Origin: Octopus vulgaris
Lineage: Eukaryota
Assembly: GCA_951406725.2 (NCBI GenBank)
Contig: OX597821.1
Location: 101,990,001 to 102,054,000 of the forward strand
DNA: 64,000 bases
Direction: 5' to 3'
Both the position numbers and the translations under genes were made by a program. How positions within the stretch are numbered: the stretch's first letter is position 1; every line of letters begins with the position of its first letter. The notes beneath the pieces are model-generated. The model had not been told where the DNA came from, made no database searches, and worked only from the letters and a program-made list of their open reading frames with translations. Of this stretch, positions 25,287 to 38,235 are shown piece after piece.

Positions 25287-28200
25287 GTAAGATTTGAGAT
25301 TATTCTCTTTTGTTATTCTTTCTCATAAAGATATTTCCTTAAAGGAGAGAAAACTATAAATGTATTAATTATCCTTATATGCTTCGTCCACTCGATTTCT
25401 CTTGTAGGTGTTTGATTTTATTTATTAGCTGTTAACTCATTTGTTAATGAAATACCATAGTTAATGTAATGTTTAATTCGGTTATGTAGACTTTTTAAAC
25501 TCAGTTCTTAACAAATATCTCTTAATTGTGTTTTCATGTTATGCGATTGAAGTAATTGAGCTGGGCTGAGAATTCAGTTTAGTTCCTGTTAACTTGAATT
25601 TCCTTGATAAGTAAAACACTAGAATCTGTTTAGACTTGTCTTTCACTAGTTTTAGCTATGGTCAGGCTGGGATAACATTTACCTATGTCCATTCAAAATA
25701 AATCAATAATTATTTACACAAACGTTAAGATAATGGGTGTTTGGTAGCTTTAAAAACGAAGCTATAATACACTAATTGAAATATAAACATCAGCTATCGC
25801 GGTTGGTAAACTAAAACCCTTTTAATCCAGTTTGTAAATAAATGATTTAAGAAAAGTAACGATTTTTAAAAAAATAAATAGTTCAAGAATAGTAATGATT
25901 TTAAAAATAAATAATGGTTTCCTAGCTTTAACTAAATAGATAAATATATTTATCGTTACTGCTGGTGGTTCAACATAATACAATATATGTTAAATTGAGA
26001 TTTTGAAAGGAAAATAATTAAAAAAAACAACAACAATGAAATATGTTTTGAAAGAGCGATTTATATATAAATAGAAATGAAAATCTTGAAACAGCATCAT
26101 TTCATAAATCCCAATCCGTGTTTAAAGGATAAAGCAATGCATCTCATGATGGCATTTGTGTACTATAGTAGTCGAATGTCTTTAATATTATGTCTAACAA
26201 CGATCTCAAAAACTAGTAAATACTATCTAACTTTCTGTTTCAATCGGGAAAAGGAGTAGAGGAATGACCATGTTTAAATCTTGTCGAATTGTCATCAATT
26301 ATTTATCATAGAACTTTCTCTATTCAGTGTTTATTCCTATCATTCACTTTAATGATTGGTAAATTTTTTTTTATTAGAAACTATGCATTGTTTGTTTGTG
26401 ATTTTTTTTTTTTTGTTAATGTATTTTGTCATGAATGATGTAACGTCTTCTCCGCAACTCCCCAATCTGTTAGACTTGCCAGGCTTGATGTTTTATATTT
26501 TATAAGAATTACTTTATTCGAGCAGTTGTTTTATTATTATTTTTTAAGGGAACAATCACGCACTTTACATAACTAAAATGGCTACATCATTGATGATTTT
26601 ATACTGGAAGTGGGTATTGTTAATTCTTTCCTAACTGTTGTCTCACTACAATTTTCAAATTAAGGCTAGTGATCTGTGTTCAAAATATTTCTAATACAAG
26701 GAACTCAAATAGTGAAGGCGCACACAAAAGAATAACATATTTCTGTAAGGCATTCAAAATGCGAATGAAATTATGATAGAATTGTATCAAAATATCTGAA
26801 AGATATTTGTTACAAAAGTCAATTACTTAAACTGAAAACAAATCTTTCGTCAATAACCACGCTACAAATGTAATATTTATTTATTTGAAAATGTACTGTC
26901 CGTATTTTTGTCAAGTCTGCCGTAGATTGTCGAAGTAGTCTGATTACATCGCCTATTTAAAAATACTGCAATTACATATATATGTGTAGATAGATATAGA
27001 TATAATTTTAACTATGTTGAATTTGTGAGGTTTCTAGGTAGATCACTTCAGGGTATTAGGCTTTATTTAGTATGACTATTTTCAGCTGTCTTCTTTCGTT
27101 TTTGAGGTAAAAGTTGTGGTTTTGTTTTTTGATGTAGTTGGATATCTAATAATAGTTATTTAGTTAATTTGCCGTAAAAATGAATTTGCAAATTTGATGA
27201 CGTTGGAATAAATGACAATAATTACAGAGTTAAGAAAATATTTATTAAGAAATTACTGACTATATTTATTTTTAAATAGTTCTAATCAGTTCTAATCAGT
27301 CCTGGAAGCACAAAGTAGTATTCTTGTTCTTCGTTGTTATTATGTCTAAGACAGTGCTGATCGATCAGGCTCCTGATTAAATGCATTCCAGCCGCAGGTA
27401 TCTCATTTTCGGGGTATATAAGACTATATTGTCTGATGTGAGCTTTCCTTGTTTACAGTCGTAGTGTGTAATTTGAGGGAGATTTGGCTGGTATTTTAAG
27501 TAAGTGGAGTGACCGATTAGACGTTTCTTCAGTTGATCGTTTTTGTGTAGTGTTAAAGAGGAGATGAAACCTGAGAAGTGTTAGTGGTTGCAATGATGTA
27601 ATGTTTTTGGTTGGCGAATTGTAATTTGAAAGATCTCATGCAAGCTACCTTGGAGTAATGTATACAGGTGCTCGTGATTAGCAACGAAAATAGAATTTAC
27701 TATTTAAGATGGGTTTTTTTCTAGAAAAGTTATAAGTGGTGTGTAAAGCACGTACTGTATTCTACATACTGGATTGTGATAGAAATTTATTTATGGTTGG
27801 AAAAATCTTTCTGTCGACAACTACTATTACTGACAGCATATTGGGTGTTCATTGTCATAGGTGGATTTATGCGGAAGTTGCTTTTCTCTGTGTGTGTGTG
27901 TGTATGCAAACATTCATTATGACAAACAGCGTAAATCAGAATTGAAATAACCATTACAAAATCTTACTGGGGGTTAAATAATGTAAACACGTTCTGTTTA
28001 TGCTATTAATATGTATGTGGTGGGAGTCTTCTGACAGACCGTTTCATGGATTGTTGGCATCTCCTCAGAGAAGACGCACCTGGTTTCTTTTCCCAATCAA
28101 TAGCACTTTATATAAAGTAATTATGAATTAGGCTAGCATCATAGAGGGTAACCTAATTTTCATATTTGTGTATTTGATGGCTCATCCTTAATTAAACTAT

Positions 28201-29599
28201 TTTTTGCACAAATCTATTTATCTTTCTATATATATATATATATATATATATACACTCAAACACACACTTTCTCACGTTGTTCTGGCTTTACACAACTATA
28301 TTTTTTAAAATATATTACACACAGTGATATAGTGTAACTGGAATTTTATTCAAGCTAACATTGTAAGAATTTATTAAAATTAGCACAAAATTCTTCATAT
28401 AGATATTTTACTGGAATACATTAGAATTAATAACTAATAAAATCTTAGAATGATTATCTTATTGAGCATTACCTAAATCCATTAATGCTTGTAAGAGGTT
28501 TCTTATGTGGTGGCCAGCCTGCTAATAATAGCACTCAACTCTCCTTCAAAATCTCTCTGTTCCAAATAAGTAAAGGACACATTAAATAATATAAATCTAA
28601 ATGCCCTTCACAAAAAAAAAAAAAAGGATTAGTTATGGCTGCAGTTCCTCTGATTGTAAATTTATCCAGTCGTTGACTTGGACCTAGCTAAACATGAACA
28701 GAGAAAGATTGTCTAAGAGTAAAGTATTTAACACTGGTTATAAGGAATGTAGGGCAGAAGAAAGATGAGTAATCCTAGACAAAAAGTGGTGTGTCAGATG
28801 CTAGATCAGAAGAGGGGTGGTTATTATTGAGAGAGCGAAAGGTGGTGAGCTGGCAGAATCGTTAGCATGCCGGGCGAAATGCTTAGCGGCATTTCATCTA
28901 CCACTACATTCTGAGTTCAAATTCCACTGGAGTCAACTTTGCTTTTCATCCTTTCAGGGTCGATTAGATAAGTATCAGTTACGCACTGGAGGTCGATGAA
29001 ATTGACTAGCTCCCCACAACCCTCCCCAACATTTCAGGCCTTGTTCCTCTTGTAGAAAGGATTATTCCGTAGATTCCAATGGTGGCTGCAAAAAAGTGAG
29101 CTTTGTCCAAACAACGGCTGCTGCTTCTCCTCTGTACTTATTATTGGTACTGTTTTCTTTAAGAGTATTTTGGGCTAATGAGACTACTAATGCTATACTG
29201 TGTGGTTAAGAAGCTCATTTAACAGCCACAAGGTTTTGGTTTGTGCCCCACTGCATGATACCTTGAACAAGTATCTCCTATTATAGCCCTAAGCCAACCA
29301 AAGCTTTGTGAGTGCATTTGGTAAACAGAAACTATATAGAAGCTTGTTTTATGTGTGTGTGTGTGTGTGCATGGATGTATCTATGTATGCAAGTATGTAT
29401 CTTTGTATATATTTATGTGTGTGCCATCACTTGACAAGCAGTATTGGTTTGTGTTCAACCCTGTAACTTGGCAGTTTTAGCAAATGCAGCTGATAGAATA
29501 AGTACTGGGATCGATTTGTTCCACTAAACCCTCCAAGGTGGAACCCCAGCATGGACTGCAGTCCAATGACTAAAACAAGTAAAGATAAATATATGTTTT

Positions 29600-30900
29600 T
29601 TTTTAATATTTGTATAGACTTGGGTTGCTGTTGTAATAGTGTCCTGGAGTGTTGGAGTAGTAATTGAATATGTTGTAATGGTACTGAGAGTGTTAAAACT
29701 CCAGCGGCAGCAACACCCTGTGTCCCTTATGTGTCTAGGTAGTCTGAGGCTTTCATTTTCTACATTTTTGTTCTGTTGCACAGGTGGTCTATATGCATCC
29801 TGTAGTGATGTGAATTGTGTCAATTTGTGCGCCTCATAGTTTGTTATGACCTGTTGTGGAGTGATTGATGGCCCTGGACAGGACTGATATAATCCATAAT
29901 GGACAGAATACATAGAATATACATTAACTAATATTGTTATTTCTTTGTGTTGAGCATTTTACTAGTAAGTGCTCTTAGTATGTTTGTGAACCGTTTTGCT
30001 ATTAGACTCTTTGTGTAATGGGAATATTATTAGATGTTTTGTAATTCCTGTGTGGCATGCTCATGTTAAGCCTTATGGTTGATTGTAGTTGCTGTTTTTT
30101 TAAGGTAAATGGTAATTATTGATGTGGATCTGGAAGGTGTTTATTTGAAGTTTTTATTGTTTCAGTCATTGAACTGTGGCCTAGCTGGGGCAATGCCTTG
30201 ACAAGTTTGGATGAACAAATTGACCCCTGTTCTTATATAAGTTTGGTACTTTTTCTATCGGTCTGTTTTAGCAAACTTTTAACACTAGTTGTCAAACAGT
30301 GGGAGGTGTGTGTGTGTGTGGGGGGGTTTAGCCACACACACACACACAACAGGCTTCTACACAGTTTCTGTCTATCAACTTTACTCATGTGGCATTGGTT
30401 GACCTGGGGCCATAGTGGAAGACGTCCAAGGTGCTGTACAGTGAGGCTGAACCTAAAACCATGTGGCTGCAAAATTATCTTAACCACACAGCCATGCTGC
30501 CAGGTTTCTAGGTATTTTTGCTATTGTGTCTAGGGAATAGAAGTGTGACAAAATGTGAGTGAGATGTTGTCTGGGTGTGTTTTGCATAAATGTAGGAAAG
30601 CCGTGCAGATAAATGTAGGTGAGAATACTAATTGCTACAGACTGTTTGGCATGATAAAAAATACAGTTGTGCCTCTGCACCAGCTGTGTTTGTGTATGAA
30701 GAGATTAAAAAAAACCAATATTTTAGTGAGAGAAGTGGGGACAGACTGAGCTAGATAACCTCAATGCTGATACGAAATAGCCAAACAAATATTGATAGTT
30801 GAAGTTGCTCAATATATGGTAGAAACATTAGACTATGAGATTTTGTTGCTGATATCAGGTGAATGGGTGAGAGAATAGATTCTATGTAAGTGCAGAAACC
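29600..30900 (-). mobile_element. Degraded Penelope-like fragments, interrupted by a SINE
   Basis: LHGFPT...TPRQHL near 30560-30610 resembles YGLPKIHK..PLRPI; a GIY-YIG-like segment lies near 29800-29930. Confidence 0.45.
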
Positions 30901-31685
30901 ATCTTTCAGAAGTTGAGCCTAGATTGAACTATTGCAATCAGAGTTATGAAGAAGTATAATTAAGAAGTTTGCTTTGCAATCACTTGGTTTTATGTTCAGT
31001 CCCCTGTGTGGCACTTTAGGCAAGTGCTTTCTATTATAGCCCCAGGCCAAAAAGCCATATGAATAGATTTGGTATATTTCATCATTATATCCTTGGTTTA
31101 ACATCCACTCCTCCATGTTTGTATGGGTTAAAAAAAATTTATTTATCAAGGCAGATTTTCTACAGCCATATGCTGTTCCTATCACATACCCTCACCTGCT
31201 TCCAAGCAAGGTAATATTTCCCAGTGACTGGACAGATGGTTGGATAACAAAGGGTACTGCTTGTATGACAATGACACTTGTTTGCAATTATTTTCATACA
31301 CAACACACATATACAGACATGTAGATTTATGCAACAGGGTTCTTTCAGTTTCCAGATACCAAATCCACTTTTTTGGTCAGCCAAGGGCTGTCACTTGCTT
31401 CACGCGCTATGCAGTGGGATTAAATCAAAACCACATGATTGGGAAGTGAACTTCTTTAAGCACACAGCCATGCCTTCATCATGAGATCAAGACTTATGGT
31501 GGATTGCTGTGCTTGAGAAGACATAGCAAGCTAAGTCAAATTATGGCCATGCATACATACAGTCATGTCTTGTATGTCCCTCTCTCAGCCAAGAGGTTTT
31601 GTGTTGAGGGCTCACAGGTGCTGGTGTCATGTAAAAGCACCCATACCAGTATCACATAAAAGTGCAAAGACACTTTTAGATGGCA

Positions 31686-32198
31686 CTAGCAGTATCGCCC
31701 GGCGTTGCTCGGGTTTGTAAGGGAAATAACTATATAAGCATTTTTAGAGAGTTACTTCCCTTATAGATGCCAATTTGGGCTTTCTTAGCCATTTCTGTTT
31801 TGGTGTCTTCAAGCCATGAAGTCGTTGTTCTAAAAGAACGCTGGTCTCCTTGACAACGCTTTACGACGTTGATTTCCTTACACTCCCTTCCCCACAGCTT
31901 CACAAGGGAGGGAAGAAGGGGGAGAAACAAACAGGTGCAGGTGTGAGCGTGGACGCCAACTCCGCCGCCATCGACACACGAAAAATTATGCATTAAAATG
32001 GAATAAAAAATGATGTTAAATTATTTTTAAAATCGTAGACTCATCGTAGACGCGCGCTAATACTCAGACGGGCTCGATATGAATCACGACTATAAGATAC
32101 CCGAATTAGGTTAAACTGCACCGCAAAATGTGGGAGTAGTTAGGAATCTAAATCGAAGGGGACAGACACTCACACAACTACAGTTTTATATATATAGA
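31686..32198 (-). mobile_element. Non-autonomous Helitron
   Basis: On the - strand it starts TC after A and ends CTAG before T, with a subterminal GC hairpin CCCGAGCAACGCCGGG; no TSD; CpG-rich. Confidence 0.8.
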
Positions 32199-32395
32199 TA
32201 TGCTAAATGTAAATAAGCATGTTTATGCATTCTAATCCCCGATGTCATTGTCCTGGAAGCAGTATGCATGACTATTTGGCTGAAAAGCACACTTTGCAAC
32301 CACATGGTTTCAGTTTCCTCCCTTGAGCAAATGTCTTCTAAAATAACCCCGAGCCAATCAATGCCTTGTAACTGAAACTGGTAGATGGAAGCCTG

Positions 32396-32432
<37 letters not shown>

Positions 32433-33259
32433 TGTATGTATATGTCTCTTTTTGCTTGAGAATCAAGATTGGTTTGTGTGTGTTCCCAGAACTTAACAGA
32501 TTGGCAAAAGAGACTGATAGTGTACTGGGGTCAATTTGTTCTACTAAACCCTTCAAGGCAGTGCCCCAGCATGGTCACAATCTAATGATGAAATTGAATA
32601 AAAGATATACTAATGCAATATTTGTGCACTTGTGTGGAAACAATGTGTTACATTAGTATGTATATAAAAAATATATGAGAAGCTATATTTCTACATTGTT
32701 GATATTGAAAAGCTTCAGTCAAATATAAAAATTCTTAAGACTAGTCATCTGTTGTAGTCATCATCTATCCATTCACCCCACACTACTTAGATAATTTGAT
32801 GAGAACTGGATAATATGACTACCATTTATATATGTTCAGTTGCCACAGTTTAGATTCTTTATTCTTTCTCTTCAACAAGTACTTAAGAAAAAATAACCTT
32901 GAAACAGTTTTATTCATTGTTTATTGTGTTATGATGACTAACACATCATGCTTCTTGTACATAGAAAGGATACTTTGGGATAGTTTTGCTGAAAGCATTT
33001 TTATTTTTTATTTTATTTTAGAGAATTAGTCAAAATATGTATTTTATCTTTTACTTGTTTTAGTCATTAGAATGTGGCCATGTTGGGGCACCACCTTGAA
33101 CAATTTATTTTAGTCGAATGAATTAACCCCAAACCTTTTTTTTTAAGCCTGGTATTTATTCTTCCGGTCTCTCTGATTTTCATGTAGCATTGGATGACCT
33201 GAGGCCATAGTGTAAGACACCCAGGTCACAATCACTGAACTTCCTTCTCAACTGTGGTC

Positions 33260-33730
33260 TGATTGTGGAATATTTTGGGTATAGGAAAGTATGTGCAAAG
33301 TGGGTACCTTGGCAGTTGACACCTGATTTAAGGAGAAAGTCTTCTTTTGTCTGCTGGCTGCACTTGAATCCAATGAAGACATTTTCTTCTAATTTAGTGA
33401 TAGGGGATGAAATATGGGCATAGCTTTATGGTCTGAACACAAGAGCTTTAATCCATGAAACAGTGTCACACCTCTTCTCCACGGTCTCCTCAGTGGATGA
33501 TATAATCTCACTCTGGCTCTTGAGCTAGCAGTCAGCACAGAAAGTCATGGTGACTTATTTTGAGGATGACAAAGGCACCATTCTTCTTGATTTTCTGGAA
33601 CATGGCTGTACCATGAACTGCAAGCAATACATTGAGACACTCAGAAAGCTTGCAGAAGCCATTAGAAGGAAGTGACTGGAAGTGAAACTGAAAATGATCC
33701 ACATTTGCCTTGACAGCACATGAACACACA
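33260..33730 (+). pseudogene. Mariner transposase remnant
   Basis: GYRKVCAKWVP(W)QLT, VIGDEIW, KVMVT, GTILLDFLEHG and QYIETLRKL motifs, with frameshifts. Confidence 0.8.
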
Positions 33731-34209
33731 CATTTTTGGTAAAAAAAAATCAGGCAATCAGTAAATTAGAAGAAAATGTCTTCATTGGATTCAAGTGCAA
33801 CCAGCAGACAAAAGAAGACCTTCTCCTTAAATCAGGTGTCAACGGCCAAGGTACCCACTTTGCACATACTTTCCTATACCCAAAATATTGCCTGATTTTT
33901 TTTGTGTGAGTGTGTTCATAAACTGATGTTTTGAGTTGTATCTCTTTAAGTGAAAAAAAGTAACATGACAATTTGATAAACTGGGAATGGTAAAATAAAT
34001 AGTAGATAGAAGCTACGTGGTTAATGAAAAACCTTGAAGGACTTGCAGTAGTATGGGCCCTGTTTATATATGACTCAAGCCAGTAAATAAAAATAAATAA
34101 AAGAACTCCTTGATGAAATGAAGACTGTCTAGGAAGAGTCTCTATAGAGCAGATCAAACCATTTTAGTAGAGAAATTTGGGTTTTAGGTTGATAACTAAA
34201 ATATATATA

Positions 34210-34595
34210 GGCGCAGGAGTGGCTGTGTGGTAAGTAGCTTGCTTACCAACCATATGGTTCTGGGTTCAGTCTCACTGCATGGCACCTTGGGCAAGTGTCT
34301 TCTACTCTAGCCTCGGGAAAACCAAAGCCTTGTGAGTGGATTTGGTAGACGGAAACTGAAAGAAGCCCGTCGTATATATGTATATATATGTGAGTCTGTG
34401 TTTGTCCCCCCAACATCGCTTGACAACCGATGCTGGTGTGTTTACGTCCCCGTAACTTAGCGGTTCGGCAAAAGAGACTGATAGAATATGTACTTGGTTT
34501 ACAAAGAATAAGTCCTGGGGTCGATTTGCTCGACTAAAGGCAGTGCTCCAGTATGGCCGCAGTCAAATGACTGAAACAAGTAAAAGAATAAAGAG
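34210..34595 (+). mobile_element. SINE family A (intron 1)
   Basis: Full-length, young-looking copy. Other intronic copies at 29190(+), 30150(-), 32280(+), 33045(-), 36060(+) and 37030(+). Confidence 0.85.
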
Positions 34596-34773
34596 ATATG
34601 ATGTTTGGAAAACTTCAAAGAAGATATTTTCAATTTAAATGAAAAGTAATAATTGTTCTATTAACTAGTTACCTTTAAAATATATATTTTTTTTTTATTT
34701 TACATATAACATACATTGCTTGTTCTGATGTATCAGCTGATTTTTATATTATATTTTATTTATGTTTTTTAAG

Positions 34774-34939
34774 GTCATATCAGAAGAACACGAGACAAAG
34801 CCTGTTGATTTTCACAACATAGAGGACACGGCAAAGCAAAGAGAAGATGTGAATAAAGAGATAAAATCTGACCAGAGAATTCCACTGAATGAAATTGTTG
34901 TTTGGATTGATCCTTTAGACGCTACTCAGGAATATACTG
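34774..34939 (+). CDS. BPNT2: BPNT2/IMPAD1-like exon 2
   Basis: T-rich tract and AAG|GTC acceptor; encodes VISEEH...[12 protein letters not shown] (IMPase metal-binding SEE and DPxDxT motifs); G|GTATGT donor, phase 1. Confidence 0.93.
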
Positions 34940-35337
34940 GTATGTTGGCTATTCTGTAGAACATTGTTGTCTAGATTGTCAAATCAACATCATCATCATT
35001 TAACTTCTTCCATTCATGCTGGCATGGGTTGGACAGTTTGACAGGAGCTTACCAGGCAGAAGCCTGCACCATACTTCTGTGTCTGTTTTGGTATGGTTTT
35101 TTATGGCTAGATGCAGAGTGGGCTGAGTGCTTTTTACATGGCACCAGCATAGATGAGGCCAGTTTTGGCATGGTTTTTACAGCTGGATGCCCTCCCAAAT
35201 GCCAACCACTTTACAGTGTGGACTGGATGCTTTTTAAGTGGCACCTGTACTTGCAGGGTCACCAAGTAACTCTGCAAGACAAGGAATATTGGAGGAGGTG
35301 ATCTTGTGTCAGACGATAAATGGTTAGATAAATGTAA

Positions 35338-35560
35338 GGCGGTGAGCTGGCAGAAGCGTTAGCATGTCAGGCAAAATGCTTAGCTGTATTTCGTCTGCCG
35401 TTACGTCCTGAGTTCAAATTCTGCCGAGGTCGACTTTGCTTTTCATTCTTACGGGGTTGATAAATTAAGTACCAGTTATGCACTGGGGTTGATGTAATCA
35501 ACTTAATCTGTCCTTGTTTGTCCCCTCTATGTTTAGCCCCTTGTGGGCAATAAAGAAATA
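35338..35560 (+). mobile_element. SINE family B with an 18-bp TSD
   Basis: AGACGATAAATGGTTAGA occurs at 35311-35328 and 35561-35578. Confidence 0.9.
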
Positions 35561-37539
35561 AGACGATAAATGGTTAGAGTGTGACAGAGAGACAGAAACA
35601 GGTGTCTTGCTGTAGAGGAAGTACATAGTTGTAGAGGCGCAATGGCCTAGTGGTTAGGGCAGCGGACTCGCGGTCGCAGGATCGCGGTTTCGATTCTCAG
35701 ACCGGGCGTTGTGTGTGTTTATTGAGCGAAAACACCTAAAAGCTCTACGAGGCTCCGGCAGGGGGTGGTGATCCCTGCTGTACTCTTTCACCACAATGGC
35801 GGTGCCCCAGCATGGCCACAGCTCAAGAGCTGAAACTGGAAAAACAAAACAAAACAAAGTTACCCAGCCAGAGAGAAAGTGTAAAAAAGGGAGAGAAAGA
35901 GTTAATATGAGGGCAGGGCAGGTGTGTTGTTGTAAAGGTTGGCATTCCATTGTCCTATGTCTGAAAAGCGATAAAATTTATCAGAATTTCAATAACAATA
36001 AACAAAATTTGTAGAGGAAGAATAGAGCTACAGAATACTACAATAAAAATATTTTCTACATGCATGGCAGTGTAGTAAGAAGCTTGCTTCTGAACCACAT
36101 GGTTCCAGGTTCAGTCCTACTGCGTGGCACCTTGGACAAGTATTTTCTACTATAGTCTCAGACTGACCAAAACCTTGTGAGTGGATTTGATGTACAGAAA
36201 CTGAAAGAAGCCTGTTGTATATGTATACATTTATGTGTGTATGTCTTTATGTCTGTGTTTGTCCCCCACCACCGCTTGATAATCAGTGTTGGTGTGTTTA
36301 CATCCCCATAACTTAGCTGTTTGGCAAAAGAGACTGATAAAGTACCAGGCTTTAAAAATAGGAAGTACTATAATTGATTCATTCAACTAAAATTAATCGA
36401 GGTGGTGCCCCAGCATAGCCATAGTCTTATGACTAAAACAAGCAAAAGGCAGAAAGAAGGTTAATTCAAGTAACATGGGAAAGAGTTGAAATAATGTAAT
36501 AACGATTTGGTAACTTGGTTCAACTCTCAAAAACATCTGGGTTGCACAAAACAATTGATATTCTTGGCCTTTGGGAGTTACAACTGCTTGTAGTAAAACA
36601 TAATTATTGTTGTAGATAGTTCCACTATCATTATTGTGCTCTAGTTTTCAACTGCTTACACCAGGATGCCACTGATAATTGTTTTAGAATTTGATAAAAT
36701 GTCTTTAAGCAAATGAATTGACAATTTGATTTTGTCTCAAGTATTTTTAGTCAAGCTTTATTGCTTGGCTTTATACATAATATTTTCTGTTTTCCTAAAA
36801 TAACAGAAAATAAATACAGAATAGAGTAGGGTTGAACAGGATATATTTTGGATTTGTACCAAGTTTTGGAATCATGTAGTATTTAGTAAAGCCAAAAAAG
36901 AAGCTACCTTGCATTTACTTTCTTTTATTAGGGTTGCATGTGTGCTTTGTAGACATGTTAAATGAGTAAGCGGGTGCAGATGAATGAAAAACTTTGGAGA
37001 GCAATTTATGGTATGTATAATGAAACTCAAAGTAACTTAGCGGTTCGGCAAAAGAAACTGATAGAATAAGTACTAGGCTTACAAAGAATAAGTCCTGGGG
37101 TCGATTTCCTCGACTAAAGGCGATGCTCCAGCATGGCCACAGTCAAATGACTGAAACAAGTAAAAGAGAGTAAAGAGTATATAATTAATAGTGACAAAAG
37201 CAGTATTAATTCCAAAAGTAATATTTATCACTGCTTAAAACTAGAAGCACCCCATGTCCATATGAGAGGTTCTCTCGTGGTAATTAATGCAGTATTATGT
37301 GTTCTAATGCAAAATCCACTTTGAAGTGGGGATAAATATGTCACCAGTTTACATCATTAACAATGAAGATTTTTCTGTTAAGTTGAAAATTAATGTACTT
37401 AGTTTTAGTTGAATGTATAATTTAATGAAAAACTTATACAGCTGCTTTGGTTTGAACTTATTATTTCTTTGCAAATCTATTGAAATCTTTTGGTTTATAA
37501 TAAAATTGTTAAATTCACACTCGATGGGATGAGGTGGTG

Positions 37540-38235
37540 AAGCATGACCTTCGAATGTTGGACCTCACAGAGGCAATGACAGGAGACCGAGATCTTTGGA
37601 GATATGCTGTGATTGAGAAAACCTAGCAACTAAAGTGAGATCGTAGCCATGGCCAATGCCAGTGTTGCATGCCTGGTCCATTTAAAAGTACTCTTGATGC
37701 ATCAGGCGATATGATATGCTTGAGAAGACTTGTTGAGTCAAGTAAAATCAAAATCGTAGCTGTGGCCTGTGCCTCCTGACTGGCTCCTGTTCCGGTGGCA
37801 CATAAAATGCATCATCCAAACGTGGCCAATGCCAGTACCCCCTGACTGGCTCCCATGCCGGTGGCATGTAAAAAGCATCATCTGAATATGGTCAATGCCA
37901 GGTCTGCCTGACTGGCTCCCATGCCAGTGGGATTTAAAAAGTACTATCCGAACATGGTCAATTCTAGTACCCCCTGACTGGGTCCTATGCCTGTGGCATC
38001 TAAAAAGCGCTATCCAAATGTAATTAATGCCAGGGCTGCCTGACTGACTCCCATGCTGGTGGCAAGTAAAAAGCACCCACTACACTCTTGGAGTGGTTGG
38101 CATTAGGAAAGGCATCCAGCTGTAGAAACCTTGCCAGATCAGATTGGATCTTGGTGCAGCTCTCCCAACCTCAGTCAAACCGTCCAACCCATGCCAGCAT
38201 GGAAAATGGATGTTAAACGATGATGATGATGATGA
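37540..38235 (+). mobile_element. RTE-type 3' end with internal minisatellite and (GAT)n tail
   Basis: A DRDLWRYAV-like C-terminal remnant, ~5 tandem ~60-bp units (37758-38077), and the tail CCCATGCCAGCATGGAAAA...(GAT)n. Related tails at 40350(-), 42260(+), 53138(-) and 34988(-). Confidence 0.7.

Noticed and set aside
25287-25328. ORF continuation VRFEIILFCYSFS after exon 1
   Set aside because: Intron read-through: there is a consensus GTAAGA donor at 25287, and homology resumes at 34774.
35636-35715. tRNA gene candidate with A and B boxes
   Set aside because: No proper acceptor stem, and it runs into a SINE body and tail. The same applies to the other SINE heads.
37738-38076. Repetitive 112-aa ORF or CRISPR-like array
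   Set aside because: A tandem minisatellite without unique spacers in a eukaryotic retroelement UTR; no cas genes are present.
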